DNA of 50,694 nt, from NCBI GenBank assembly GCA_011391225.1, contig JAABQY010000001.1, positions 1-50,694 on the forward strand. The letters run 5' to 3'. Source of the stretch: Desulfobulbaceae bacterium (GTDB lineage: Bacteria > Desulfobacterota > Desulfobulbia > Desulfobulbales > Desulfocapsaceae). A program made the position numbers and the translations under genes. Within the stretch, counting starts at the first letter, position 1. The number at the start of each line of letters is the position of its first letter. Of the stretch, positions 31,573 to 42,114 are shown in pieces. The notes beneath the pieces are model-generated. The model worked only from the letters and a program-made list of their open reading frames with translations. It searched no databases and was not told where the DNA came from.

Positions 31573-31582
31573 TGTAATTATT

Positions 31583-32665
31583 ATGACAATAGACAGCGAC
31601 AAGGTCTTTACCGCTTCACGCAATGAGGCACTTGGGCAAAGCGAAACATTTCTCGATTTCCAAGAGCGGCTCTCCCGGGTAGCACCGGTGAATCGGCCTG
31701 TACTCCTTATTGGTGAACGGGGCACCGGCAAGGAGCTGGCGGCCAATCGGCTGCATTTTCTTTCGAAGCGCTGGCAGGGGCCCTTTGTTACCTTAAACTG
31801 TGCGACGCTTTCGCCTTCACTTATCGAGGCGGAGCTTTTCGGCCATGAAAGGGGCGCCTTTACCGGTGCCGAGAAGCGCAATACCGGGCGATTTGAGGCG
31901 GCAGACGGCGGCACCCTGTTCCTAGACGAGATAGGCTCCATCCCCATGGAGGCCCAGGAAAAAATCCTCCGAGTTGTGGAATACGGGGCTTTTGAGCGGG
32001 TCGGCAGTTCCCTGCCGGTTGAGATCGACGTGCGCCTTGTCGGGGCCACCAACGTTGACCTCTCGGTGTTGGCCGAACGGGAAGATTTCAAAAAGGATCT
32101 TCTTGATCGCCTGTCGTTTGAAGTGCTTTTTCTTCCGCCATTGCGCTATCGGGGCGAGGATATCATGCTGCTCGCCGACCATTTTGCCACAAGGATGTCC
32201 TATGAATTGGGGCGGAGCGGGATTCCGGCTTTCACCCCTGGGGCTGCCGAGAGGCTTGAGGGCTATAGCTGGAAAGGCAATATTCGCGAGTTGAAAAATG
32301 TCGTGGAGCGAGCCGTGTACCGTGCCGACACCGAACTCATTGACGAGGTAACCTTTGATCCCTTTGTCTCGCCGTACAGTTTCCCGCCGCCGGCATTTGG
32401 CGATGAAAGCAGCATTCTATTTCAAAAATTTCTATCCACTTCACCGAGCCAGCCCCCCCTCGACAAAAAGGTCGCCGATTTGGAGATATCCCTGTTGCGT
32501 CAGGCCCTCGCCGATTGTCGCTATAATCAGCGGCGGGCCGCAACGCACCTGGGGCTGACCTATGATCAGTTGCGGGGAAAGATTAAAAAATACGGGTCAG
32601 CGCTTGTCGCTGGAAACGGGGAGGGAGGAGGGGTGTCTCCAGAAGGACAGCCGCCGCGGAGATGA
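31583..32665 (+). CDS. pspF: Phage shock operon sigma54-dependent activator PspF
   Basis: [44 protein letters not shown] and [13 protein letters not shown]. No N-terminal sensor domain; divergent from pspA. Confidence 0.96.
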   Translation: MTIDSDKVFTASRNEALGQSETFLDFQERLSRVAPVNRPVLLIGERGTGKELAANRLHFLSKRWQGPFVTLNCATLSPSLIEAELFGHERGAFTGAEKRNTGRFEAADGGTLFLDEIGSIPMEAQEKILRVVEYGAFERVGSSLPVEIDVRLVGATNVDLSVLAEREDFKKDLLDRLSFEVLFLPPLRYRGEDIMLLADHFATRMSYELGRSGIPAFTPGAAERLEGYSWKGNIRELKNVVERAVYRADTELIDEVTFDPFVSPYSFPPPAFGDESSILFQKFLSTSPSQPPLDKKVADLEISLLRQALADCRYNQRRAATHLGLTYDQLRGKIKKYGSALVAGNGEGGGVSPEGQPPRR

Positions 32666-32822
32666 TTTGTGATTCGGCGGTTTTCATGCTAGAACTTTCA
32701 GATACCGGCCGTTTTCTGAAAACGATATCGGTCGGTAACCGCTGGGGTCGGTATTGCGGAAGCTTATGGCCTTAGTGATTTCAGGCGGGAACTGGATGGC
32801 AATGCGTTGCCATTGTCTATCT

Positions 32823-33686
32823 TTAGCCTGCCACCAAGGCAGATGCCGTTTCGATCATTTCGGCGATAAGCGGATCGACGCCGGTCCATAATTTAAATCC
32901 CGCCGCGCCCTGATGGATGAGCATGCCGAGGCCATGGACAATTCTGCAGCCCTTGGCCTCGGCTATAGCAAGAAGTCTGGTAGTGTGCGGGTTGTAAACG
33001 ATGTCAGTGACAACCAGGTGCTCCAAAAGACACGCCTCGCTGATTGGCAACTCCGCCTCCCGGGGGTGCATGCCGAGGCTGGTGCTATTGATAAAAATAT
33101 CACAGAACTTGATAATTCCTGTCTGATACTCGGGCAGCGCCCGGACGGCTTCGGCACAGTAGCGGATCTTTAAGTTTATTTCCGTGGCGAGTGCCTCAGC
33201 TTTAGCATAGGTGCGGTTGCAGATGAAAATATTTTCGGCGCCTTGGAAGGCAAGGGTCATGGCAATGGCGCGGGCAGCACCACCGCAACCAAGCAGGAAG
33301 ATGCGTTTGCCTTGGACGGAGATTTTACCTTCGTCTTCCAGGGAGCGGATAAAGCCTTCGCCATCGGTATTGTAGCCGATGGTCTTACCGTTTTTGACAC
33401 AAATGGTGTTGACGGCGCCAATCATTGCCGCCAGGGGATCAAGGGCGTCAAGGTGCTCGATTATTGCGATCTTGTGGGGGATGGTGACATTAAAACCGGC
33501 GACATTCATTTTGCTCAGGCCGGCAAAGACCACCTGGAGATTTTTCGGCGTAACCTGCACCGGTATATAGCAGTAATCAAGGCCCAATTTTTCAAATACC
33601 CGGTTGTGCATAGCTGGGGAAATGGAATGGCCAAGGGGATTGCCGAGGAGGATGACGAGTTGTGTGTTAACTGAAGGATATTTCAT
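32823..33686 (-). CDS. aroE: Shikimate dehydrogenase
   Basis: GHSISPAMHN, NVTIPHK, GAVNT, NTDGEG, GCGGAA, DIVYNP, GLGMLIHQG. Confidence 0.96.
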   Translation of the reverse strand: MKYPSVNTQLVILLGNPLGHSISPAMHNRVFEKLGLDYCYIPVQVTPKNLQVVFAGLSKMNVAGFNVTIPHKIAIIEHLDALDPLAAMIGAVNTICVKNGKTIGYNTDGEGFIRSLEDEGKISVQGKRIFLLGCGGAARAIAMTLAFQGAENIFICNRTYAKAEALATEINLKIRYCAEAVRALPEYQTGIIKFCDIFINSTSLGMHPREAELPISEACLLEHLVVTDIVYNPHTTRLLAIAEAKGCRIVHGLGMLIHQGAAGFKLWTGVDPLIAEMIETASALVAG

Positions 33687-33880
33687 TGTAGAGTCGATGG
33701 ACGCGGTTGGCCTACTGAGGGTGTACAGTATTCCGGGATTTTTTACAGTTTCAGATCATTGCCGTCAAGATACCGTATTACCACGGCAGTTAGGCGCATG
33801 GCTAGAGGTTTTCTTCGGGATGAAATGGGTTGCTGATACTGTTTGCGACTTGCGGGTATTCCAACAATATAGGCTTTAAA

Positions 33881-35134
33881 ATGTCAAATATCACCATAGA
33901 TGGAATATATATTCCCATTGATATCAAAGTATTATCTGTTGAGATCGTGCAGGTGGCGGAGGCTGTGGCGCGGATTACCGCTGAGGATATCGTGGCCTTG
34001 TCGGCCTGCCCTCCTCACTCTGAGTCGCTGCGTGACGGATATGTCTTGGGTAGGTCAAATGCCATAAGCCTGTTTGCGAAATTGCCATCGAAAGGCGCAG
34101 AGGAAGAATGCGAGAATGACTACCCCGTTGTTGGCGAGATAGCCGCTGGGTCGAGAAAGATCAGTATTCTTGAACCCGGCACGGCATGCCGAATTTTCAC
34201 CGGCGGATTGATTCCCGAAGGTGGTGTGCGCGTCGTGCCGCAGGAGGATTGTTGTGAGGTTTCAGGAAGAGTGCGGGTTGCCGCGGCGGCTATGATCTCG
34301 GAGCGGTGTTTTATAAATAATGCCGGTAGCCAGGTGACTTGCGGTGAGAAAGTTATCAGCCAGGGAACCAGGCTGGAGGTTGATCACCTGGCCCTGCTTG
34401 CAGCAGTTGGTGTCCATCAAGTGAATGTTGTGACTCGACCCCGCGTCGCCTGCTTTTGCACGGGAAGCGAACTGGTGGCTGTCGGTGGGCGGCTGGAAAG
34501 CGGACAGAAGCTGTCCCTGAATAGCCTGCTCTTGCAGAATCTTATTCCTCGTTACGGCGGTGTTGTGGCAGAACAGGGCATCATTTTTGACAATCACCTG
34601 GCTATCACCAAGATTTTTGATACCTTGACGGATGAGCATTGCCATCTTGTGGTCAGTACCGGCGGCATGGGGCCGGGGAAATACGATCTGGTAAAAAATG
34701 CTTTTTGCGATGCAGGGGGTAGGATAATCTTAGAAACCCTGCCGATGCATCCCGGGCGCTCTATTTTACTCGGAACACTTGGCGGCACGATTTTCATAGC
34801 CCTTCCCGGCCCACCCAATGCCGTACGTACATTAATTAATGAACTTGTCGGGCCTATTTTGCTGATGATGCAGGGAGCAAAACGGTGTTGGCCCAAGGCA
34901 CTACCTGCCATGTTACTTGAGGATTTGCAGATCAGGAAAAGCGATCTTCTACAGGTGAAAGGTGGGGTGTTTTCGGTTGATCAAGGAATCTGCTGTGTAC
35001 GTCTTGCCGAGCGTCTTGAGCCGATATCATGTTTTATTCTCTTTGCCGCCGGGAAAAAGGAGTATGGCAAAGGCGACATGATCGAGGTGCACCTGGCGGT
35101 GACAAGCGCCGACAGCGCCGTCTTTCAACTCTGA
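33881..35134 (+). CDS. moeA: Molybdopterin molybdotransferase MoeA-family protein
   Basis: DGY, IFTGGLIP, TGSEL, STGG..GKYD, MHPGR, LPGPP. Its 3' end overlaps the mutM 3' end by 10 bp. Confidence 0.85.
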   Translation: MSNITIDGIYIPIDIKVLSVEIVQVAEAVARITAEDIVALSACPPHSESLRDGYVLGRSNAISLFAKLPSKGAEEECENDYPVVGEIAAGSRKISILEPGTACRIFTGGLIPEGGVRVVPQEDCCEVSGRVRVAAAAMISERCFINNAGSQVTCGEKVISQGTRLEVDHLALLAAVGVHQVNVVTRPRVACFCTGSELVAVGGRLESGQKLSLNSLLLQNLIPRYGGVVAEQGIIFDNHLAITKIFDTLTDEHCHLVVSTGGMGPGKYDLVKNAFCDAGGRIILETLPMHPGRSILLGTLGGTIFIALPGPPNAVRTLINELVGPILLMMQGAKRCWPKALPAMLLEDLQIRKSDLLQVKGGVFSVDQGICCVRLAERLEPISCFILFAAGKKEYGKGDMIEVHLAVTSADSAVFQL

Positions 35135-35955
35135 CACCTAGGGCAGAAGTAACTGGACCTGCCACCCAATCGGCTGTTTTCTATCTTTTCCTGACAGGTC
35201 GGGCAGGGCTCACCCTGCCGGCCGTAAACCTTGAAGTTAGCCTGGAAATACCCCTTTTCCTGCCGCGCGTTGAGAAAGTCGCTGATGGTAGAGCCTCCGC
35301 AGTCAATGGCCTGCTGGAGGATCTCACGGATGGCGGCGACCAGTTTACCCCAGCCTTTCTTGCTGATGGTCTGCACCTTTCGGGCAGGGAGTATTCCGGC
35401 TCGGAAGAGACTCTCGCTGGCGTAGATATTGCCGACACCTGCCACCACCTGGGTGGTCATGATGAAAACCTTGACCGTCAGATTCTTTCCCTTTGCCAGC
35501 TGGTGCAGGTACTCGGGGGAAAAGGCTGCATGGAAAGGTTCCGGCCCGGTGGTTTTAAAGACAGTTTCTTCTCGGTCTTGGGTTTCCTGGCTTTTCAGGA
35601 TGTGGATGGCACCGAACCGGCGGCTGTCGTTATAGCGCAGTTCTGTGTCGTTATCGAGGGTCCAGCGGACATGGTCATGTTTTGCCGGTTCGCTTTCAGA
35701 TGAGAAGAAACCGAGGTTGCCGGTCATGCCGAGATGGATGATGAGCATTGCGCCGCTGTCTAAGCTGATCTGGAGATATTTTGCCCGGCGAGTTACAGCG
35801 GTTATTCGGCACCCGATCATCTCCCGGCGAAGAAGATCGACCGGGACAGGCAAACGCAGCTGCTTTCCGTTGTGAAAAATTGCCGTGACTGTGCGATCAA
35901 CCAGATGGGGTTGGATGCCTCGGCAGATAACTTCAACTTCCGGCAGTTCAGGCAT
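35125..35955 (-). CDS. mutM: Formamidopyrimidine-DNA glycosylase Fpg
   Basis: MPELPEVE, RRAKYL, HLGMTG, GVGNIYASE and zinc finger CPTC...CPRCQ. Confidence 0.98.
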   Translation of the reverse strand: MPELPEVEVICRGIQPHLVDRTVTAIFHNGKQLRLPVPVDLLRREMIGCRITAVTRRAKYLQISLDSGAMLIIHLGMTGNLGFFSSESEPAKHDHVRWTLDNDTELRYNDSRRFGAIHILKSQETQDREETVFKTTGPEPFHAAFSPEYLHQLAKGKNLTVKVFIMTTQVVAGVGNIYASESLFRAGILPARKVQTISKKGWGKLVAAIREILQQAIDCGGSTISDFLNARQEKGYFQANFKVYGRQGEPCPTCQEKIENSRLGGRSSYFCPRCQS

Positions 35956-36793
35956 AGCATTGTTCCTTGCTTAGGATGCAAATGGCCAGTCCATAGTTCA
36001 AAAAGGTGGTCACTAGGACCGTAACTGCATCCGGTATTCGTGGCTTGTCCCGGACCAAAACAGCTAGGGTGAGAAAGTGGCAATGGGGGAGGTGTTTTGT
36101 CGGCAGCATCATCTCAAGTTCAAGAAAACCGGGCATCTGCCGGTAGCTAAGAGCCTTTTTAGCGGCTTCTTTGGCCGTCCACAAAAGACAGAGGCGGTGC
36201 AGTGGCTCCGCGTCGGGGAAAAGTTCCGTCAGTAACTGCAATTCATCAGACGAACAGTATTTTTCCCTGACTCGGACAAGGTTATCTCTTTGCTGCTGGA
36301 TATCAATGCCGCAGGGGAAATCGGCCACCAGGGCAGCAGCGTATTCTCCCCCGTGGGTGATGGATATCTCTGGGCGTGGCCGATCCTCTAAACCGTAGGG
36401 AGAGACGATCGGCCGACCGCTCGGATCATTGGCAATCTCAATTTTATTGAGTGGTTGCGGCAGGCCTTGACCTGTCGATGTCCACAATCCTTCAAGGGCC
36501 ATTTTGGCGCAGATCCGGCCGGCAAGGAATTCGGCCCGCCTTTTGGCCAGTCGGTAGTTGCCAAGCCTTTCGATTTCATGGGGGTGGAGGAGAGCAGTAC
36601 CAGGAGGATAATCAGCAGGGAAAGCGGCCGGGACTGCCTTAACCGGAAGCTGCTTCAGGAGAATTGCCGCCAGGGCAGGCCGTCCGAGGAGGGTGATAGC
36701 TGCTTGTTTGAGATCTGGGGGAAAAAGGTCTCCTGGCAGTTGTTCCATTGTCTGGCTATCCGGGGTTGTTTCAGAAAAAGCTTGCAGTTTCAA
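35948..36793 (-). CDS. 4'-phosphopantetheinyl transferase superfamily protein (Sfp-type)
   Basis: RRAEFLAGRICAK, SGRP, ISITH, GIDIQ, WTAKEAAKKA. Confidence 0.85.
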   Translation of the reverse strand: MKLQAFSETTPDSQTMEQLPGDLFPPDLKQAAITLLGRPALAAILLKQLPVKAVPAAFPADYPPGTALLHPHEIERLGNYRLAKRRAEFLAGRICAKMALEGLWTSTGQGLPQPLNKIEIANDPSGRPIVSPYGLEDRPRPEISITHGGEYAAALVADFPCGIDIQQQRDNLVRVREKYCSSDELQLLTELFPDAEPLHRLCLLWTAKEAAKKALSYRQMPGFLELEMMLPTKHLPHCHFLTLAVLVRDKPRIPDAVTVLVTTFLNYGLAICILSKEQCYA

Positions 36794-36865
36794 CAGTTCC
36801 TGCTAACTTTGCGAAGTGGGAATCGTTAGAAACAAATGATTGAAGCATAATCGGATCGGGGGTTT

Positions 36866-37459
36866 ATGGAAGGTGTTTCCGGCGCGACAATATATGACTT
36901 AGTGGTCATTGGCCTCTTCGTTCTTTTAGTCGGACGTGGATTATGGCTGGGCTTTCTCAGGCAGGTGACCGGGCTTCTTGCCCTGTATCTCGCCTTTTTT
37001 GCCGCCGGTCGACATCATGACAGAATCCTTCCGCTTTTGCGAGATATATCAACCAATCCAAAGGTCATCTTTCTTACCAGCTATGTGCTCCTCTTTCTTG
37101 CCACCTATGTGGTGGTGATGCTTCTTGGTAAGTGCCTTAGTCTCGTCCTGAAATTGACTATTACCTCCTGGTTTGACCATGTGCTCGGCGGCTTGGTCGG
37201 GTTTGCTAAAGCGATCATTCTCGTTGTTCTCCTGCATGTGATTCTCGGCACGGTTCTCGCTCCGGAAAACCAGATGCTGCGGACCTGTGTTACTTGTGAG
37301 ACACTCAACGGGGCAGCAGACCTGACCCGCGAACTTATTCGCAACGAGGAACTGCGGAAGACGCTCATGCAGCAAAAACCGGCCATCACCATTGATGCGG
37401 TCAAAGAATATCTTGCTCCCGGCGGGCCCCAGAAAAAAAATCCCCCGGATAAACCGTAA
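36866..37459 (+). CDS. CvpA (colicin V production) family membrane protein
   Basis: Four TMs; DLVVIG...RGLWLGFLRQ and DHVLGGLVGFAKA. Confidence 0.88.
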   Translation: MEGVSGATIYDLVVIGLFVLLVGRGLWLGFLRQVTGLLALYLAFFAAGRHHDRILPLLRDISTNPKVIFLTSYVLLFLATYVVVMLLGKCLSLVLKLTITSWFDHVLGGLVGFAKAIILVVLLHVILGTVLAPENQMLRTCVTCETLNGAADLTRELIRNEELRKTLMQQKPAITIDAVKEYLAPGGPQKKNPPDKP

Positions 37460-37488
37460 TATTCCGCGAGGTTTGTGAGTGAGCGAAG

Positions 37489-38268
37489 ATGAAACGGATA
37501 AAGGCAAAAAATCCCGCATTGTATGTCGAGCGGACCTATCGGACGCTTGCGGAAAATGGTCTGGTCTCCTCCTTCGTCAAGATTCAAGACACCGATCTCC
37601 ATATCCTCTCCGATCAAGAGGTGTCGGCCTGGAGTTTCGAACTGGCCTTGCAATACCGCCTGCAGATTGAAAATTATATCAAACAGCGGCCCGAATTTCT
37701 CGGAGCTTTGTCGCCCCTTTCTCAGGATATTCTGGCGCCGCCCATCGTTAAAGAGATGCTTGCCGCCGGGAGTATGGCCGATGTCGGACCAATGGCTGCG
37801 GTGGCCGGGGTGATTGCCGAATATGTCGGGAAAGCACTTTTGCAAAGAGGCTGTCGCGATGTCATGGTGGAAAATGGCGGAGATATCTATATCAACCGGA
37901 CCCGTGACTGCACGGTGGCAGTCTTTGCCGGTCAATCTTCGCTCAGTTTGCAGGTGGGAATTAAGCTGGCGGCATCGATCATGCCGGTCGGTGTTTGTAC
38001 TTCTTCCGGCACGGTTGGTCATTCTTTAAGTTTTGGCTTGGCCGATGCTGTGGTCGTAGTTGCCCACTCGACTGCTCTTGCCGATGCAGTGGCGACACGT
38101 TTGGGCAATGAGGTCGGTACGTCGATTTCCGGCGATGCGGGCATCAAACGGGCCTTGCAGGTGGGTCAGGCCATTGAAGGTGTATTGGGGGTTGTGGTTA
38201 TTTGTGGGGAAAAAATTGGCGCGGTGGGCAATGTCGAGCTAGTGAAGTTAGGGGCCGTTAAGAAATAA
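37489..38268 (+). CDS. UPF0280 family (ApbE-like) protein
   Basis: VGPMAAVAG, VENGGDI, GVCTSSGTVGHSLSFGLADA, ADAVAT. Confidence 0.9.
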   Translation: MKRIKAKNPALYVERTYRTLAENGLVSSFVKIQDTDLHILSDQEVSAWSFELALQYRLQIENYIKQRPEFLGALSPLSQDILAPPIVKEMLAAGSMADVGPMAAVAGVIAEYVGKALLQRGCRDVMVENGGDIYINRTRDCTVAVFAGQSSLSLQVGIKLAASIMPVGVCTSSGTVGHSLSFGLADAVVVVAHSTALADAVATRLGNEVGTSISGDAGIKRALQVGQAIEGVLGVVVICGEKIGAVGNVELVKLGAVKK

Positions 38269-38302
38269 TCCATACCATTTCCTCCATTTCTTTACGGCCC
38301 CT
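38250..38302 (+). terminator. Stem-loop spanning the UPF0280 stop codon
   Basis: AGGGGCCGT-t-AAGAAAT pairs with ATTTCTT-t-ACGGCCCCT (16 bp, one mismatch). Confidence 0.5.
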
Positions 38303-38368
38303 TATGCCGTTCATGGCATAGAAACGGATTACTTATTTTCGAACCACGGCTTAAACTGAGGGACTTGC

Positions 38369-38746
38369 ATGGACATCATGGCAGAGGAAGAGAGGAAAAA
38401 GGAGTTACGCAAGGTAAATCGCCGGTATCTGGTCTTCTACCTGCGGATCTATGACGGCATGAGCAGTAAAATATTAGGCCATATTGTTGATATCTCAGAA
38501 AAAGGTATGATGCTGATTTCTGATAATTCGATTCCGGTAAATGAAAATTACCGTTTGCGCATGCGCCTGCCCACGCAGATGAAGGAACGCAATGAGGTCT
38601 TGTTCGATGCGACAAGCCGCTGGTGTAAAAGTGATGCCAACCCCGACTTTTTCCTGGCCGGCTTTCAGATGCACAATCTTGAACAGTCAACGAGAGACCT
38701 TGTCCACACCCTTATCAGAAATTTCAGCTATAACGAGGAGCGTTGA
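38369..38746 (+). CDS. Stand-alone PilZ domain protein
   Basis: RKVNR (RxxxR) and DISEKG (DxSxxG); C-terminal RWC..GF strands. Confidence 0.88.
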   Translation: MDIMAEEERKKELRKVNRRYLVFYLRIYDGMSSKILGHIVDISEKGMMLISDNSIPVNENYRLRMRLPTQMKERNEVLFDATSRWCKSDANPDFFLAGFQMHNLEQSTRDLVHTLIRNFSYNEER

Positions 38747-38775
38747 GGTAAAGGATTTGCATCCGTGTTTCGGCC

Positions 38776-39654
38776 TCAGCTCCTGGCCTCGGCAAGGAGT
38801 TGATCCCGGTTGTCGGTAACAAACTTGTCGATATCTTCCTGCCAGCTGACAAAGGTTGCGATGCCGGCGTCTTTTAAAACTTTATTTTCGAGTATCGAAT
38901 TGGCCGGGCGGTGTGCCGGAGTCGGATACTCGGCGGTGGTGCATGGCCGCATTCTATAGGCAACACCCATGGCATCGAGAAAATAGCGGGCGGCACCATA
39001 CCAGGTCGAGTGTTCCTCCGAGGTGGCGTGCATGATTCCGGTGAGATCGGAGCGCAGAAGCCTGCGGATCTGCTGGGTCAGAGTGAGGGACCAGGTGAGG
39101 GAGCCATGCTGGTCGTCGACTACCTTCAGTTGCCGGTCGGGGTTGCTGAGCGACAGTTTCAAAATGGTTTTGAGAAAGTTTTTTCCATAGGCCGAATAGA
39201 GCCAGGCGGTGCGCAAGATGACATGGTTGGCACAATTATCGGCAACCGCCTGTTCGCCTGCCAGTTTGCTCCGGCCGTATTGGGACAGCGGGTTCGGTAC
39301 ATCGGTTTCGTAATAGGGTTGCGGCGCAGGTTTGCGGCCGTCGAAGACGTAGTCTGTTGAAATATGGATGAGACGACTGCCCAGCCGGTCGGCGGCCTGA
39401 GCTAGATATTTCGGTCCTTCGGCGTTAATTTTCCAAGAAAGAGCCAGCTCGGTTTCACAGGCGTCCACGGCGGTATAGGCGGCGCAGTTGACGATGGCGT
39501 TCGGACGGGTTTCGTCAAGATAGGCATCGACACTCGCCTTGTTGCCGATATCGATACGGGGAAGGTCGCAACCGATGGTTTGATGCTCGGTGGCCAGCAG
39601 GTAGCAGCAGTCTGAGCCAAGCTGGCCACCGGCACCAATGATGACGATTTTCAT
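38776..39654 (-). CDS. rfbD: dTDP-4-dehydrorhamnose reductase
   Basis: [41 protein letters not shown]. Confidence 0.97.
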   Translation of the reverse strand: MKIVIIGAGGQLGSDCCYLLATEHQTIGCDLPRIDIGNKASVDAYLDETRPNAIVNCAAYTAVDACETELALSWKINAEGPKYLAQAADRLGSRLIHISTDYVFDGRKPAPQPYYETDVPNPLSQYGRSKLAGEQAVADNCANHVILRTAWLYSAYGKNFLKTILKLSLSNPDRQLKVVDDQHGSLTWSLTLTQQIRRLLRSDLTGIMHATSEEHSTWYGAARYFLDAMGVAYRMRPCTTAEYPTPAHRPANSILENKVLKDAGIATFVSWQEDIDKFVTDNRDQLLAEARS

Positions 39655-40544
39655 TGACGTGTCCTTGTGTTTTGTTTTTCCTCGGCGACGAAGTCAGCGA
39701 TGTATCGACCGTATTGGTTTTTCAACATATCGGCGGCAAGACGTTCCAGCTGATTGGCATCGATATAGCCCAACTCGTAGGCAATCTCTTCGATGCAGGC
39801 GATTTTTAAACCCTGCCGCTCCTGCACCGCCTGAACGTAACTTGAGGCCTGCTGCAGGGATTCGTGGGTGCCGGTATCAAGCCAGCAAAAACCCCGGCCA
39901 AGCGGTTGCACCCGCAAGTTTCCACGACGCAGATAGGCGTTGTTGATGTCGGTTATTTCCAGCTCACCCCTGGGGGAAGGTTTAACCTCTTCGGCGATGG
40001 CGATGACCTCGTTATCATAAAAATAAAGACCCGGCACAGCGTATTTTGATTTCGGTTTTGCCGGTTTTTCGGCGATGCCGATAACCTGGTTATTGCTGTC
40101 GAATTCCACCACCCCGTAACGCTCGGGATCCTTGACCAGGTAGCCGAAAATCAGGCCCCCGTGGGTAAGTCCGGCGCTTTCTTTGAGGATTCTTGTAAAG
40201 CCCTGGCCAAAAAATATATTGTCGCCAAGAATGAGAGAAACCGTGTCACGGCCGATAAATTCTTTGCCGATAATAAAGGCCTGGGCGAGTCCTTCAGGGC
40301 GGGGTTGTACGGCATAGCTGATCGAAAGACCGAGGTGACCGCCGTCGCCGAAGAGTTCACGGAAGCCGGGGAGGTCGTGGGGGGTGGAAATAATCAAGAT
40401 CTCGCGGATTCCTGCGAGCATGAGGACCGACAGGGGGTAATAGATCATCGGTTTGTCATACACCGGCAGCATCTGTTTGCTGACGACCTTGGTGAGTGGA
40501 TAAAGCCTGGTGCCGGAGCCGCCGGCGAGGATGATGCCTTTCAT
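39651..40544 (-). CDS. rfbA: Glucose-1-phosphate thymidylyltransferase
   Basis: [42 protein letters not shown]. Confidence 0.98.
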   Translation of the reverse strand: MKGIILAGGSGTRLYPLTKVVSKQMLPVYDKPMIYYPLSVLMLAGIREILIISTPHDLPGFRELFGDGGHLGLSISYAVQPRPEGLAQAFIIGKEFIGRDTVSLILGDNIFFGQGFTRILKESAGLTHGGLIFGYLVKDPERYGVVEFDSNNQVIGIAEKPAKPKSKYAVPGLYFYDNEVIAIAEEVKPSPRGELEITDINNAYLRRGNLRVQPLGRGFCWLDTGTHESLQQASSYVQAVQERQGLKIACIEEIAYELGYIDANQLERLAADMLKNQYGRYIADFVAEEKQNTRTRQ

Positions 40545-40687
40545 GGGATATTTTCAATTGTGGGCCGGTGATGAATCGGCCGAAATGTGGTTGATTGGTT
40601 CTTGCTGTTGGATGGATTTTCCTTTACAATTTGCCGCCGAAGAGCAGATGAATATACTTCAAGCCCCACTAAAAAGGAAAAGAAAAA

Positions 40688-42046
40688 ATGGTCGCTACCA
40701 TTCTCCCCGCCTTTAAGGCCTACGATATCAGAGGGAAGGTCCCGGAGGAGCTGAATGCGGAGCTTGCGGCAAAAATCGGCCGCGCCTTTGCCGCCGTCTA
40801 TGCCTTAAAAAAAGTAGTTGTCGGCAGGGACATTCGCCACAGCAGTTTGGCGCTCGTCCAGGCCCTGGCCGCAGGTCTCATGGAGATGGGCGTTGATGTC
40901 ATCGATCTGGGACTTTGCGGTACCGAAGAGATCTATCATGCCGCCTTCAGCATGGAATCGACTGGCGTCGACGGTGGCGTGGTGGTGACTGCAAGCCATA
41001 ATCCCGCCGATTATAACGGCATGAAATTTGTCGTCAAAGGGGCTCGTCCGGTGACCGGCGAGTACGGTCTTCAGGAAATGGCCAGGCTGATAACCGGTGG
41101 CCTGCTGCCCGGCCCTGCAACCATGCCTGGAAAAATCGTTTCGCTGGACAATAAGGATCAGTATGTGCGGCACCTGCTCGGCTATACCCAAGGGGAAAAG
41201 TTGCAACCGCTGAAGATTGTCGTCAACAGCGGTAACGGGTGTGCCGGAGCGATTATCGACCGCCTGGAAGAACACCTGCCTTTCAGGTTCATCAAGGTGC
41301 ATCATCAACCCGACGGCAGTTTTCCGCACGGCGTGCCGAACCCGCTGCTTCCTGAAAAGAGGGCGGAGACAGCTCGTGCCGTCCTGGCAAACGGCGCGGA
41401 TATTGGCGTCGCCTGGGATGGAGATTTTGATCGCTGTTTTTTTTGGGATGAAAAGGGCAATTTTATTGAGGGCTACTATATCGTTGGCCTGCTTGCCCGG
41501 GAGATGCTAAGAAAAATGCCGAGGGCGAAAATTCTCTTTGACCCGCGGTTAACCTGGAATACTATTGAGCAGGTGCAGAAGGCCGGAGGGATCCCTATTA
41601 TGACTAGAACCGGTCATGCTTTTATTAAGGAGCGGATGCGCCTGGAAGACGCTGCGTATGGCGGTGAGATGTCCGCCCATCACTACTTTCGTGAATTTGG
41701 TTACTGTGACTCGGGGATGATTCCTTGGTTGCTGGTGGCCGCATTGCTCAGCCGCCAAGGGGCGAAGCTGTCGGATTTGGTGGCCGACCGGATGGTCGCC
41801 TATCCGGTTTCCGGAGAAATTAACAGCCGGGTTGCCGATCCGGATGCGGTGATCGCACAGATTGAGGAGAAATACCGGGACGGGGAAAAGGACTACACCG
41901 ACGGCTTGTCTGTTGCCTATGGTCAGTACCGTTTCAATATCCGCAAGTCAAATACTGAACCGCTCCTCCGTCTGAATGTTGAGAGCAGGGGTGATATACA
42001 GCTGATGCGGGAGAAAACTGCAGAGCTGCTCGCGCTTATTCGCTGA
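40688..42046 (+). CDS. manB: Phosphomannomutase
   Basis: FKAYDIRG, TASHNP, DGDFDR, GEMSAHHYF, RKSNTEP. Confidence 0.95.
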   Translation: MVATILPAFKAYDIRGKVPEELNAELAAKIGRAFAAVYALKKVVVGRDIRHSSLALVQALAAGLMEMGVDVIDLGLCGTEEIYHAAFSMESTGVDGGVVVTASHNPADYNGMKFVVKGARPVTGEYGLQEMARLITGGLLPGPATMPGKIVSLDNKDQYVRHLLGYTQGEKLQPLKIVVNSGNGCAGAIIDRLEEHLPFRFIKVHHQPDGSFPHGVPNPLLPEKRAETARAVLANGADIGVAWDGDFDRCFFWDEKGNFIEGYYIVGLLAREMLRKMPRAKILFDPRLTWNTIEQVQKAGGIPIMTRTGHAFIKERMRLEDAAYGGEMSAHHYFREFGYCDSGMIPWLLVAALLSRQGAKLSDLVADRMVAYPVSGEINSRVADPDAVIAQIEEKYRDGEKDYTDGLSVAYGQYRFNIRKSNTEPLLRLNVESRGDIQLMREKTAELLALIR

Positions 42047-42114
42047 GAGTTGTCGGTCGGGTGGGCTGTTTTCAGGCCCAATTATTTGGTGCATAGAGAA
42101 AAAAAGGAGACAAG

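Noticed and set aside
33881-35134. MoeA motif drift (SLRDGY, GGMGPG, LPGPP) suggesting an inactive paralogue
   Set aside because: Key acidic and Thr residues (DGY, FTG, SEL, YD) remain; divergence cannot be judged without an alignment.
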